Assembly (NCBI GenBank): GCA_002633005.1 | Contig: NMRA01000127.1 | Coordinates: 442,438-506,437 of the forward strand | Direction of reading: 5' to 3' | From: Phoronis australis | Lineage: Eukaryota; Animalia; Phoronida | DNA length: 64,000 bases | Shown here: in pieces, positions 1 to 13,264 of the stretch | How positions within the stretch are numbered: the stretch's first letter is position 1 | Layout of the letters: each line of letters starts with the position of its first letter | Position numbers and translations under genes: made by a program | The notes under the pieces: model-generated | Told to the model about the DNA's origin: nothing | The model's database searches: none | The model's input: the letters and a program-made list of their open reading frames with translations, nothing else

Positions 1-599
1 TAGACCAGCAAATGCTGAATGAAACACTCTCTGGTTTAGGCCTACTGCAAATTTCTTTAGATACAATGCACATCTAGCTCGTTAGATTGCGTGGCTCTGG
101 CCAAAAAACGGTATCTGCTCTGGCAAATGAACTCTGGTGACGCGCACGCACTCGCTTACTTACAAACGCAGACAACTTCAAAACAAAACGGTCACGTGAC
201 ACCAATATGTGTGTTCGTCCGGACATTTTTTTCATGTTGCCGATCATACATGCAGATGGCACGATGTAGCACAGATTTGTTCTTAAACCTGCCGTGATCC
301 CGATTCCACGGAAACTTAAAAATTTTAGGGAAGCTACTTGGAAAACTTAATCATTTCAGGTAATTTGCTTGAGTCGAAATTGTATTTTTTTCAAGCATTC
401 AAGCTGCCATATCGACGATTGCAAGGCAGGCAGTCGGCGAGTTTTCGCCCTGGGATTTCAGCACAGTTTTCTGTAAAATGATCATAATTTAGCAGCAAAG
501 TTTGATATCAATGCACCACGGTTTTGTAGAAAGTCTTTCATAGATTACAGATACGTCACAGAGCTTAAATATAATGAATCTTAGCTTCCGATTTCAACG

Positions 600-699
600 T
601 TTTGGAGACCGGGTTTCAACGGCCTTGGGTTATAATAAGCGCCCCGCCTGAAACGAACTTTTCTAAGCGCCCTGGGCGGTTATTATGGCGAATACGGTA
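600..699. mobile_element. Right end of a Tc1/mariner-pogo (Tc2-like, CCGTA-terminus) MITE; left end not located
   Basis: Ends ...TAAGCGCCCTGGGCGGTTATTATGGCGAATACGG|TA. It has the same terminus and TAAGCGCCC subterminal motifs as the complete element at 8957-9115. The left boundary is approximate. Confidence 0.5.
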
Positions 700-2442
700 T
701 GACCGTGAAAGTTGAAAAGTATACGGATGGGCTTAAGATTTGAGCACAGTAGTCAAATGTTATAGGTCCCTACTGATATATTTAGTGTGCAATGTTTCAG
801 ACTTTGATCATGAATATGCTAAAAGTCAGTGCTGCATCTAGGATGTTGTAAGGAGAAAACTTTAAATTTTCAGAGGAAAATGTCTGTGTTAGCCCTAAAA
901 TCAGCATGCCGATGATTGTGTACCCTTGCCCCGATGGAAGGGCCTATAGAAACTGGTGAGAACATAGGGCTTCAATCTAACGCCAAAGTTTTAGCCGTTC
1001 ATAACGACGGACAGTCATCAAAACATCGACATGTCAAGGTTGGAGTGACAGTCCCTTGAAGAGTCATTTCTCAGAGATATGATAAGACTCTCTGACAGGG
1101 AATTAGTTATGTGCGTAGTGCTTTTACTATCAGACCAGTAACGACCTTGTATTGAGAATTTTAGCAATTTAAGATTTGATTTCATTTAAATATCAAACCG
1201 TTAAGTACGTTTATACTAGCCTTAACTATATGTCTGATACAGTGCATCCATTATAGGTGAAAAGTTAAAGGTTTTGTTCTAGCCTTGAGTCTCCCGCCCA
1301 TTAATTTGATCGTCTTAATGTCCGTGGGCTGTTTCGACACCGATTACTATTTGAATTTACCATTTACGTGAGCTTAATTCCTTTAAACCTTTTTTTGACT
1401 AAACCTAACCTCTTGCTTTTCTTCCTATACTAATGCATGGCATGTAAAAAACATTTGTAGCTGGATCACCCTTTGTTTAAGACAAACAGCACATACAATT
1501 AATTTATGTCTTGAATATGTGACAACAATTACACCTTGTGACTGATGTTATTATATTACCATCTGTTCGGCCATGCAATGAAGCCACACAAAGAACTTGG
1601 CAAGATCTTTGCTGCGCCTAATGATAATGTCTTTCCTTAAACACGGGAAGGACTACAACCCTAAGATTCCTTCCTCACAGGTCGGCTCTATTGACGGGAA
1701 CTCGCGCCTAGTTCTGGTAATTTATTGATTCGGATTTAAAATTCTGGGAAATCCCACTGATGACAGATGTTATCGGAATATCAATATGAACAAACCTGAT
1801 TGTTCAACAACAAATACTACTCTCTTGAGTGTCATGAAGCTAAATGCACAATACCACATGTTTGGGTCTGTAACCTAGTTACAGTTTGTTACAAACATCT
1901 TTTACACCTTTACACCTTACTGTGATACCCTATTCCTTCTAATTAGCACCCAGAATGATTAAGAAAGTCGTAAAAAGGGGAAGTGATTAATTCCGTGAAA
2001 ACGTAGTCCTCACCAACCCCCCCCCCAATTGATGGATGTAATGTTCCCTTTATTTTTGTTAACTGTTTCATTACCACAGGGCACAAAATTAGTCCAAACA
2101 TTCACCTACATTAACACCACAGACCGAAATTAGATGTATCGAGAACTTGGATTGGTCCATAAGTAGGCATTACCTCTGATGTCGTCAAAGCATGTGTAAA
2201 TATAGTATTCATTTACAGCAAGTTTTATGATTCGCTGAGGTGAAATCGTGTGGTATCTACTTTTCTTGAAACATGACGTAAGTTTGAAGTGCATTGTGAT
2301 TGAAATATCAACACTGTAGAGAGCCTGCAAGCTTGGAATTCCATGCAATGATATCTCATCACATCTTCAGGATTAATAGAAGATTGAAGTCATGTTGTAA
2401 AAAGTAATTTGGGTTTCTGTTTTACATCATTGATATCAAGAG

Positions 2443-2526
2443 GAGGGCGCTTATATTGATAAAGTTCAAAATCCTGTTGGGATGCTGCTTATAAGCAAAT
2501 GGGCACTTATTAGGGAGAATTCGGTA
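2443..2526. mobile_element. Degenerate right end of a CCGTA-type MITE
   Basis: GGGCGCTTAT...GGGCACTTATTAGGGAGAATTCGG|TA resembles the terminus at 670-699. Confidence 0.35.
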
Positions 2527-4596
2527 TTTATAGTAATTTACAGTTGGCACGAGTGTACCCATTTCGACACCTTTTCACTTTATCTTGCGCTTACATATAC
2601 GTTCTGCAGACTTTCTGCATGTTTGTACTTGAACTTTTGAATTATGCCAGGTAATAGAAAATTGATCCAAGGGCTAAAATTTTAAATCATCTGCGGCCTC
2701 AGGTTGCAATGGCCGTGGTGGGGGTGTCCTCTCATTTGTCTACATATTCCCAATCACGCTGGATGTGGCAAGTCCTTGGATATTGTGCAGTGCAATTTTG
2801 TTTGCATTATGTATAATTAACATTTCTGGAAGATCACCATTGACTTTTACCGGAAGTAAAATATACATTGTTAAGACCGGCTTGATATGTTTCGGTGTTT
2901 ATTGAAACGCCATCATCAGAAGGAAAAACAGTGGCGACCTTGCTAGGCACAAGAATCCTGTTTAAATCCGTGGTTGTTTTTATTAACAAATGCTACTACT
3001 TGCTATCATGGAGAAAATATGTATTGTGAAGTGTCTTGAAAAGGGAAGTACAACAGGGGATGTTTGACCTATTTAATGGCTCATAACTTGTGTCCAAAAG
3101 CTAATTACGTGTTAATTGGTTATCCATACAGTGTTTTATGCAACCCCTGGTGTTCACCAGTCAGTTGGGCTGTTGTAGACAATGGCTGTTCACTGTTTGG
3201 GTGGTCTGTTTGATCTGTTTTTGATGTGTCATTATAAAATGTTGTTGTCTCTTTTGATGTTCTTTTCTATTCATCACTTGACCTCCCCAGCTCTTATCCT
3301 CAGTCCCAAATTCACATCCCACGTCCCGAGTTTATCATTTTTTTCCGCTATACTTTGTTCAGGTTTACATTCGTTCAAGTCAGAAACAAAACAATTCATT
3401 CAAATCTCAAAGTATAGGTGTTTATATGTGCTTCCCGACAACAATTTCGGACATTGGCGAACAGTGCTCTCGCTCACCTGAGGGGAAAAGTGCATGTGTC
3501 TTCTAGTAGGGACATTTTTAGTTAAGGGGAACTCTGCAACAAATTATGTAGGGTACCAGGTTATGCAGTCAATGTTGCATGGTGTGGTTTTCCTTGCCAT
3601 GTCCATCTCCAGCTGCCTATTTTCATCTTTTACATTCCAGATTTAAGTTGGGTCATCAAACATTCCTGTCTTGACCAGGCCATGCCCTGTTAATTGAACC
3701 ATAAACATTTCCTGTTTCTAAAGATTGGTGGACAGAGAAGAAAACCATTACCAACAGTTTCCACAAAGTTGCTATAAAGCTGATTAAGTACTCCTGAACA
3801 ACTCATCTAGAACGACTGTCATTTCAGTTCATTTTGCAAAATCTGTCTTATCAATGCGCTGTATCTTTGGCATTTTTGTTTTCTGTTATCACAGAGCTGG
3901 CTATTCTATTCGTCGACACTTCCTCTCTACTCATTTTGCAGTAGAACCGAGTTTTCTGATATCGGTCATCGGTGGCCGTTCGTTTCATTTTCAGTTTGTG
4001 TCGGAATCACTAACTTAGACACATTTCTATACAAACATGTTGTTTCTCAGGCACCCGCACTTCTCAGGTAAATCATAAGAGAGAGCTTAACCTGTTGCTA
4101 GTCACTTCCTTGATCATGACGGACATGAGCCGGAATGTAAGTGTCAATTTGTACAGAATTTGCTGCAATGATTGCAATGTGCAAGCTGGAAAAATAATTC
4201 TCAACTTATTGTCCTCAACTAATTGAGACAGCGCTGCCATATACGGTGTCCGGACTTGCTAGTTTTCTATTGCTGCCTGTTGCGTTGATGATTCAAGTAA
4301 GGCGACTTGAAGTCTTCACTTTGTGAGAAGTCTACCATACTGAAAACTCATCTCTACTTAGTTGATAAATTCGGAGTTACTCCAACAGCTTGTTCAGTAA
4401 TTAAAAAGAGGTGGCAATAGTCTGTAGTCTGTGTACTGGTAGAGTGAGCTGGTAATTAGCTACTAGATTGTTAATTAACAAATGCAGTCTTCCCACGATA
4501 GTAACATTTTGCTTGGTGACTCTTTTTGCCCTGAATGCCAGGTGAGTGCCTCCTTGCTGTATCCATTAATAGATTAACTGAGCATTCATCTAGAGA

Positions 4597-4890
4597 GATA
4601 AATAAATAGATAGATAGATAAAAGTTTTATTTAAAGTTGGAGCCAATGCAACAAGAGAACATTATCACAAGGACTATAAAGAAAATCTAAGAAGCTACTG
4701 CAACAGCACTTTACAGAGCTTACGAACAGGAATGTACTATACACAGATTATAAGACTATAAAGTCTTAATATCCTTGTAGTTGTGTATCGCCTTCTTACA
4801 GTAAAACCAAGTTACAGCACCAAGTTAGCTGAAAAGACTGCAGAACGAGAATGACTCGCACGAGCATCATACATCCAGAACATTCATTGT
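4597..4890 (-). mobile_element. Probable non-LTR retroelement (LINE/SINE) 3' end with microsatellite tail
   Basis: The minus strand ends ...CTTTAAATAAAACTTT(TATC)n/(TATT)n, i.e. AATAAA followed by a simple-repeat tail. No ORF was recognised and the far boundary is approximate. Confidence 0.4.
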
Positions 4891-5465
4891 ACATATCTGT
4901 TGTCTAAACTTTTCAACAGAATTTAGTTGGTGAACATTTAGTTACATTAAATTCACCGGTTACCGGTTACCGCATCTGAGTATGTCTGACACTGCTCAAT
5001 AATAGGTTCTCCTAGGAGCTCCACTGACTAGTTTCTGCAGAATAAGTTGGGTTTGAATGAGGCCTGATTGCCCTGCAATTCAATCTGTCTGTCAGTGTTG
5101 TCTGAATACCCTGGTATTACTAGACTGATTTTCTGCACCATTATGCATCATTCCACACCTCAGTTCACCACATGCACCAGCATCCTTGAGAGACCCGATG
5201 CTCCTTTGTTGGTTACTCTTTGGCAAACGATGTTCTTTTATTGGCTCTCCAATGTAAAGTCTCACCAATTGCGGAAGAAAATTGGCAAAATTTGTCGTAG
5301 TCATTCTTCAAGGGTTTATGACGTTTTTCTGAATGCCCTCAATTTCTCAAAATCATTATCCACTGGTATAGATCTTGAAAATGATACAGGTTTTATTTGA
5401 TGCTACTTATCTTTTTGAAAAGAATAAAAATTAAATTTTAATTGTACATCGTATTATGTCCAAAA

Positions 5466-5576
5466 TTGGTGAGGTATTGCCCTATGTTGGTGCGGTATTG
5501 CCCTATATTGGTCAGGTATTGCCCTATATTGGTCAGGTATTGCCCTATATTGGTCAGGTATTAACCTCTATTGGTC
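5466..5576. repeat. 21-bp minisatellite, about 5.3 copies (TTGGTCAGGTATTGCCCTATA)
   Basis: TTGGT recurs at 5466, 5487, 5508, 5529, 5550 and 5571. Central copies are near-identical and outer copies are diverged. Confidence 0.95.
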
Positions 5577-6636
5577 GCCTTCACCTAGCAAACTTATTTC
5601 CACGTGTTTTGTCAAATTGAGATTTATTGGTATGTGTTTCAAATGAGGCACCCATACAAATTCTAAACAGTAGGATTTCAAATATTTAGTTGGAATGACC
5701 ACAACATGTTCTACACACAATTCTTTAAACATTGTAAGAGCACAAAAACCACTTCTGTTTATTAAAATTTCAAATTCTTGTGGTCAAGACTGATAGACTA
5801 ACGAACAGGAAATGCAACCCCTTTCATTCACGAAATTTAGCTCCATTGGACTTTTTTACATGAATCATATGAACTATACAGCGATGTTTTGATGTAATGG
5901 TGATAGCAAAAATATTTTAAAAATGTGTAATTAGACTGCTTGAAATGGAAGATCTTATTACGCTTCATATAAGAGACCTTCATTTTCCACGTAAACCACA
6001 AAAAGGATGAAAGTTATGGAATTTGATTTCTTTCTTGGAATTCAAGGTTTTGAAAGAAATGGAAAAAGGTAATTTTGTATTTTAGAAAGTGTAAAATCAT
6101 AGCCCACAGTTGTATTGTTAGTTTCAGACTTGGGCTAGTGGTCAGGTTAAACTTGGCATACTAAACACATCAGTTGACTGGGTAACAACTTGATGATTAT
6201 TACCTGTAGACTAGATAGTGGTAGACTTGTAGCGTGGCTTGTGAAACCCTGTAGTTGCCTAGTCTGAAAATCATTTCTAGAGCAGCGCACTGTAACGCTC
6301 AGCTCTTAGTTTTGACCAAGTTCACTCCACATGTCAATAAGCAATTTCTAACACCTCTAAACCTAAACTGTCTGTATATTGTTGATACACAAAATATTAG
6401 TGTTACTATAAACCATATTATGGTGTAGAAAACAAATTTCTCTATTTGCTCATTTAAAGCAACATCAGAGTGTTCTCGTCCTTTTTTGAATTGAATTTGT
6501 GTTGCACTACAATGTGTGGAATACCCCATGGTGATACTGGCTTGACAAGTGAAACTCACCTGCCATGACAAGCAAATTTATGAGATCTCATGGAATAAAA
6601 TGTCATTTCTTTCAATTTCGTTATTACTTATCGTAG

Positions 6637-6668
6637 TAAAGAACAAGTTGAGACCCATTTTTGTGAAG
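6637..6668 (+). other. Candidate short non-coding 5' exon (32 nt)
   Basis: Pyrimidine-rich tract ending TAG at 6636 and a consensus donor AAG|GTAAGT at 6669. Splice signals are the only support. Confidence 0.2.
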
Positions 6669-8956
6669 GTAAGTGTCCTTGATCAACTGTTATTTTTTGT
6701 TAACCTAATGTGCAGGTTTAATGCCTCTTTAATGGGTGGTATTTAATGTTGGTGAAAATTTCACTTTAACTATCACCAACAGTTGTTTTTTCTATTAAAG
6801 GATTATTGTTTTTCTGACCAGGATGCTATTCTGCACTATTCACTCCCTTAACATGGCACTTTTTTACACAGTCGTCACGCTACCATGTTACAATTTTACA
6901 TGATTTCCACACTTTTTACATTGATGACGTACTTTTTATTTGTACATTACATGCTCTGAAGCATGTAAACCGGGTAGAAGTTTCACCAAAGAGTTGGACT
7001 CTGGCTAGTCTGGTAATGAACTTTATATATCAAAATGGTTTATTCTTGTTCACCTCCATAATTGTGTTGCACCTCAGAGTTTAGAAGTCTGACAGTGTAG
7101 CAGTGAACTAGATTGGCATGGTCTGACATATCATTGTTTACTCAAAAATTGCTGGTGACGTCAATGTTCTCCAGTCATCAATGGCTGGTGGGCATTGGAT
7201 ACATATCTCTAGAGCACCAACTGGTAATTAAGCTGTTCGTTGCTTGCCCACTGCTTGGTACCCCACTGGTTGCAACTTAGACAGGTTTCCTGTGTTTTTC
7301 CAGCCATTAGAATGAGCAAGGCTTGTCAGTCAAAACATTTGCCCGCTGTTGGCCTGAAATAGATATTCCAGATGGCGGATGGATGCTGGTTGGGGTTCAT
7401 GGTGACTTATGGGGTTAATTGACTCAGAGACTTATAGTTTGGAACTTTTGTGCCTGCCAGCTCTGGTCATTGTCTGCTGGTCATTGAAAACACCCCTGGC
7501 TTTGGAAGTTGATGCAAACAAGATGTGGAGTAATGTAGCAGTTGGAGTGATGATTGGAGTGGAGTTTAACCCTGTTTAAATTACAAAGGAACAGAAGCCA
7601 GAGTTTTTTAGAGTGGTCAACCCAATTACGCTTGTTGCTAACAATTCCCATGTCTTGTGCATTTTAAAAGCAAACTAAAATTCTCTATAACCATAACACT
7701 TAAGAAAACATTAGCCACTTTGGTGCAAGAACATTCTCTTGATTAATTATTTCCCTGACAGTGGTCTTCCTGCTTCTTCTAGGAAGTGAAGACAGCGGGT
7801 GTTTGTGCCATTCTTGTCTTCAATGGCATAGCACACTCTATTGTTTCCTTTTAATTTGGCATCCTTGTCTGTGTTTGGCATCTTTGAGGCGTTTGCTTCT
7901 TTGTGCTAGTGCCCAACCAGGTTACTGACCCTTGCTTGATTGGTGGTTGTTTCCAGCTTTTCAATTTCTGTGCTTTGTATCAGAAATGATTTGTGTTTCA
8001 AACTTGGTTGCTGATGTCTCAGATCTTGGTTTAACACAGGTGTTTTTGCTGACACTTTTTCTATTGCAAAATTTCCAGTGATACGAACAGTTACGATTGT
8101 TGCTTTCGCTGGCGCTTTGCTGGCTGTTTGAGTTATCCCAAAACTGCTGGTATTTTCGTTAGCACTTTAACCAGCAGCGAAAACACCATCGCCAGTACGT
8201 TGAAGTAATCTAACTACTAAGCAAACGAAACACTTGAGAGTAAACTGTTATCGAGCAATAACAATAGACGGCCACAACTAACACAGGAGCACCATCTGGT
8301 GGACTGACGCATTTATGTGAATGGTTGCAAGTGTCACTTGTACTAGTTAGTGGTTTGCTGGCAGATCGAGTTATGCCATCCAATCCCTTACTTTAAAGGA
8401 TACACATGCTTATAGGATAAAGGCTGTTGTTTAGTGTTGCATTTAATCTGTCACTGCCATGAGAAAACCTGCTTTGACATCAAATTTCCTTAAAGCAATT
8501 CTGGTGGTGAGGAAACAAACTTAAACTGTTGGCAAAAATCACGCTCCCTTGGACAGTACATCTGTCTAGCTAGAACGCTTGTGTTTTCACCGATGAAAAA
8601 TCGCTAAGCGTTTTTTGCCACTCATGTGAATCAGGGTGTGGTAACAATCCAAGTATCTAGTTAAACCTGATGCAGGTTCACAGTGGATTGGGCCAGACTT
8701 GAGTCCAGGTATGACATCAACTTTTTCCCCGGAGCAACTGACACGGAGCATATTGATCGGTGTCATGCAGCCATTTACACACACAACTCACAAACTGTGG
8801 CAAGACGGAAGTTGTAGGCTGGTGAGTGGAACGCACATGCGCAGGTTTTACAAATGGCGGGAATTAAAGAGACAGAGAACCCATATCTAGGTCATTGCAT
8901 AAGTGCAGTAGAGATGATCGTTCCTGCCTTGCCCCAGTTTCGTGTTTCGACATATA

Positions 8957-9115
8957 CCGTAAACTCGTGGGTCAATGCCCATGCCCGTGTAATCGCCCAT
9001 CCCGGACTTTTTGTCAGTTTTCGGTTTTAAGCGCCCAATACTTGGGTAATCGCCCACCCCATGCCAAAAGTTTTCCCAATTTAAGCATCCTGGGCATTAA
9101 CTTGTGAGTTTATGG
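8957..9115. mobile_element. Complete 159-bp MITE, Tc1/mariner-pogo (Tc2-like) type, TA target duplication
   Basis: Left TA|CCGTAAACTCGTGGGTCAATGCCCA and right TGGGCATTAACTTGTGAGTTTATGG|TA form imperfect ~25-bp TIRs. Internal GTAATCGCCCA/TAAGCGCCCA motifs repeat. Confidence 0.8.
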
Positions 9116-11120
9116 TAATTGACACTGAGCGTTTCTCTTGTTGACTAAAAAGAAAAATTCTGATGTGCATTTCCAGGTATCGTACAGCTTTGAAATGTTC
9201 TTAAACAATAAAAGAATTCATAAATAGTGTGAAGAAAATCAGTGTTTTTAGTATTTTAAAGTTGTATTTTAATATACTTGTACTAATGTGAGAGAGGGTC
9301 AATTTTGTATGCTTTTGGTATGCTCAGTAATATGAACCATCCTTATGATATCTTATTTTTACTACCTCCATTCCTCTGTACCACTATAAACCTTGGAATG
9401 CTGGTTTCTGTCCATAACTTCTGTCATTGTTGTCAAAAGCAATGAATTGCATACCTGCTTGTCCACTTCAGTCCACCATAGTAGTTCTGAGTACAGCAAG
9501 GTAAACTACATATTTAGATACATTTAAGAACTGGTGATAGGTGTTGAAATAATCGCGATCCTTGATTTTAAAGGCATTATATATAGGCTGCGAAAATTAC
9601 CAAGCATTGGAAATAAACTGAAGAGATGAAATGAAAAATAGTGGATTAAAGCTGGGACATTCATAAGAAAAACTGTAGTTGCTGAATTAGTAAAAGTTGG
9701 GATCTAGTTGTTGTTTTTGTATTTATAAGTCAAAGGGTTTGTATAATTAGTGAATGGCAGTGTAAGTATCCTTGGGTTTTGATGTTCATCATCTGCAAGT
9801 TTTGTTTGACAGCCTACGTGATTTACTTGTTGTTGAAGGATTCTTTATCAAGTATATTCACCTTTTATGGAAATGTGGGTATCATCTTGTAATTCATGAG
9901 ATTTTTACTCGTAGACCAACCAAGCAATAGTCAGGTAACAGTTTTATAGCTGTGTGTATAAAATTACAAGAATTTGGGATACAATAGAGCCAACAAGTAA
10001 AATTTTGCTTTTCCCCTTTTTTCATAAAAGGTTAGTGTAACCTAATGGATGCTTTTACTATTTTAAAGTTACGAATCGTAACCACAACGTTTCAAGAAAT
10101 AGTGAGAAATGCGAGAGGGGTCGGAGAAATGGAAAAAGAGATTCGGTTTTGGAAAACATTTTTGTCCAGAATTGTTGAGATTTAGTCATAGTTTGCTTGG
10201 TTGATAAATTTGAAGTGGTTAGTTGCTTGAGAGATAACATATGGTAAACGCTGTGTTTAGACAGTGACATTAACATGACAATAACTTTGATGTGTGTGCT
10301 TATTGATAATTCGCAAGGTTATTGTGCCTACTCTCAGAAACTGTCGCAAGATTGGAGAGTTTGATCAAAAACCTGTGTGTATGTTCATGGTTCAGAAATG
10401 TTGTGATTTGTACTGTTGTTCTAGCACAATTGAGACAATCTCTGTAACATTGACACCAATTTGCGATTAGACAGGCGCTAAACACGCAATTAATAGGATT
10501 CACGATTAGTGGATGTGTCTTGCGCTTCCTGTTGAACAGCGTAAATTGGCAACTTGACGTCAATTTGCACCATGTGAAACTCTGTTTAAAGGAACGCTTA
10601 CACTGTCGACTTGTGCAGCGACAATGGCGTCATGTGAATGCCACATAATATACACTCGTTTGCTTGGTGGTGTACTTGTTGGCCGCTAGACTAGTCCCAA
10701 TTGGTTGACGAATAAGGTCTTATAATACGGAGACGAGTATGTACTAGGTCAGCACATTTGTTTAATTGATAGACATAGGTAACACATGGGTTAGTTTCTT
10801 GTATTATATTTAATGCCAATTATAACCCCTAGCTTGGTTTCATACATCAGAGACATGAACTTGTATGACATGGGTGATTGCTTCATTTTCTGTAAGGCAT
10901 AGCTTTTAGAGCAAACTTTTCCCTAAAGCAAATGAATAATGCAATATTTCTGTTGTGTTGTAGTAATTACGCAGTGCTCCTTTGTTGATAAACCAGCTTC
11001 ACTCTATGTTTCACTATTCCCCTTCAACTTGGAGGTACGACACACGGTGTTTGTCCCATGGGCCTGTGACCTTTTTCATTTACCTGTCAATCTAATTAAA
11101 TTTATATATTTTCATTGCAG

Positions 11121-11193
11121 CTTGTGACAAGAAAGAGAGCCACTGTATTGAAAGAGAGGCCGACATAGCAAGACCATTGCAGTTGTTTCAGAG
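11121..11193 (+). other. Candidate non-coding 5'UTR exon of the ZMIZ1-like gene (73 nt)
   Basis: Acceptor TTTTCATTGCAG| at 11120, a purine-rich ATG-free body, and donor GAG|GTAGGA at 11194. Vertebrate ZMIZ1 has several widely spaced non-coding 5' exons. Confidence 0.35.
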
Positions 11194-12769
11194 GTAGGAC
11201 ATTTGAATGGCTCTTACAGTGACCCTGGTTTTCCACGAGAATGAGAAAGTGGCGTAATTCACGGAATTTGACCTCTTTCACGGAAGTAGAGATTTCAAAT
11301 GGAATTTACTTATTTCAGTTGCAGGATTATCATGTTTTTGTAAACAGAAAGCTGGGTTCTCCATTCTTACTGTTGCGTTGCAAGTGCATGGAGAAAAGGC
11401 AAAGTACTAAGTCTTATGCTTGTCAGGAGGAAATATTTCTCCCAAGCCTAAATCATTTTCCTTTACAATTTATGGTTTGTGTTTAAGTAGTTAAAAAAAC
11501 AAGGAATAAATGGCGGCTTAAAAAATAAAAATGCAAATTCTTTCCAGAAAAGATGAAAAAAAACATAATTTGTTATTCATTATTAGCATTCCTAGGTAAA
11601 TGTCCATTTTTTCATGCTGCCTTGAGTTTCTAAAACCCTTTGAAAGAGAAAAGGCTCCTCAACAGTTGAAATTTCTATTTTTCCACTGCTAACAGGTTTC
11701 AGTTGACTAGGCTGTTTGAAATTAATGAATCTTCACTGTATGATGAGCAAGCAGACATGTTATTGTTGTCATGCATCATTGCTTTCAACACTATGATATC
11801 AACAATTTTTGCTTTTGTTACATTGTTGGAATGCTGATGTTGAAAACATTTGCACATGCCTACAGTTAAGTGTCACCTGATCACTAGTATATACTCTTGT
11901 TGTCACTTTCTGTTTGTATAAGACCTGGCTAGACTGCATGCGAGTGAGCGATGCGATTTTAGGCGCGATCAGTTTAAACGACTGCAGTGTTGTAGTGTCC
12001 ACGTGGCACACATGCGACGGGTGTGGAACGAGAGAGAGATGCCGCGTGACTGAAAATTGAACTAGCATATGTTCCATTTCTATAACGTCGCGTCATTTTG
12101 AACCTATCACAGCGCATGAAGTTTGATTTGACTGGCGCAGTTTTGTTTAGAATACCTCCTTTCAACATGGATGGCTTGCTCATTCATGCCAGTGGAAGTG
12201 AGCTATTGAAAGCCTTTCCATAGAATGTTTTTGTTTTTCATAAAATGGTATGATAACTTGATCTTCAGAGCTCAGCGCTTAAGGAGAAGCATGCATAGTT
12301 TGCTTGTAGTATTTACTGCCATCACAAATATGCAGATGGTCAAAGAAAGTAGCAAAACTTGAAACTTGCATCCGCCAACGTCAAAATCCAATAATTCGTT
12401 ATCTGCGTCAAATATGAGAACTGTATTTCATCTTTGTCAGCAAATGTTTCTTTTGTGCACTAAAATTCCGTGCCCAGTGTAATCACATATTCGCATGACA
12501 TTGCGACGTGAATTTCACTTGCTTCATTCGCTCCCATGCAGACTGGCCACGCACTTGCAGGTTTATGACTTTTAATAGAATAATGTATGCTTACAACATT
12601 TTACTTCAAACATACGAGCAACTTTTCCTGATTAATGCTAACAGTTTAAAAATTACACCATTTAGATTCACACTGGTTTTACAATGTGGTGTCTGCACTC
12701 ACCAGCTTCCAAATTTCCACAACTTTATTGTTCAGCTGGAGGTTGTATAGGACTATATGGACATGTGTT

Positions 12770-12773
<4 letters not shown>

Positions 12774-12808
<35 letters not shown>
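12774..12808. repeat. (TG)n microsatellite, about 17 units
   Basis: Read directly from the sequence. Confidence 0.97.
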
Positions 12809-12811
<3 letters not shown>

Positions 12812-12834
12812 TTTTGTGAAAATCTACTGAACTA

Positions 12835-13264
12835 TAGTTTTTACCTTAGTAAAAGATATATTTTCTGAAAGCAGGTTTTTTTTTCTTAATGCTAACGTGT
12901 CATTAGTTGGGTCAGGTGGCTGCGTCTCAATTTTAAATATTACCAAAAAAGAAAAGTTCATGCGTCACCTAAAACAACGTTAAAGATTACACTACCAAAT
13001 TTTGTTTAGGTATAAATGTTCATGATGAAATCTCAAATACATTGTTTTATAAACTGCCATCTTGTTATCGTTTTATACAAATTTTGATTTTTTTTTGTAA
13101 AAATCAACAAAGTCCTACTTTTTGATAGCCTCTCATGCAAAAGTGAAACATTTTAAAAACAATTACAAACAACATTTTGGGGAACAGTGCATTAAACATT
13201 GTATTTTAAAGTTTCAAATTTCTCGATCACTGGAGCATTTTTCTGGGGTCCTACATAATCTTAA
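12835..13264 (+). mobile_element. Non-autonomous TTAA-ended DNA transposon relic (Kolobok-like), copy A
   Basis: Shares the blocks AGTAAAAGxTATATTTTCTGAAAG and CTCATGCAAAAGTGAAACATTT with the other copies. It ends GGGTCCTACATAATC|TTAA. Confidence 0.6.

Noticed and set aside
191-206. GTCACGTGAC E-box palindrome followed by CCAAT as a promoter
   Set aside because: A single motif pair, probably inside the transposon that ends at 697, with no other support.
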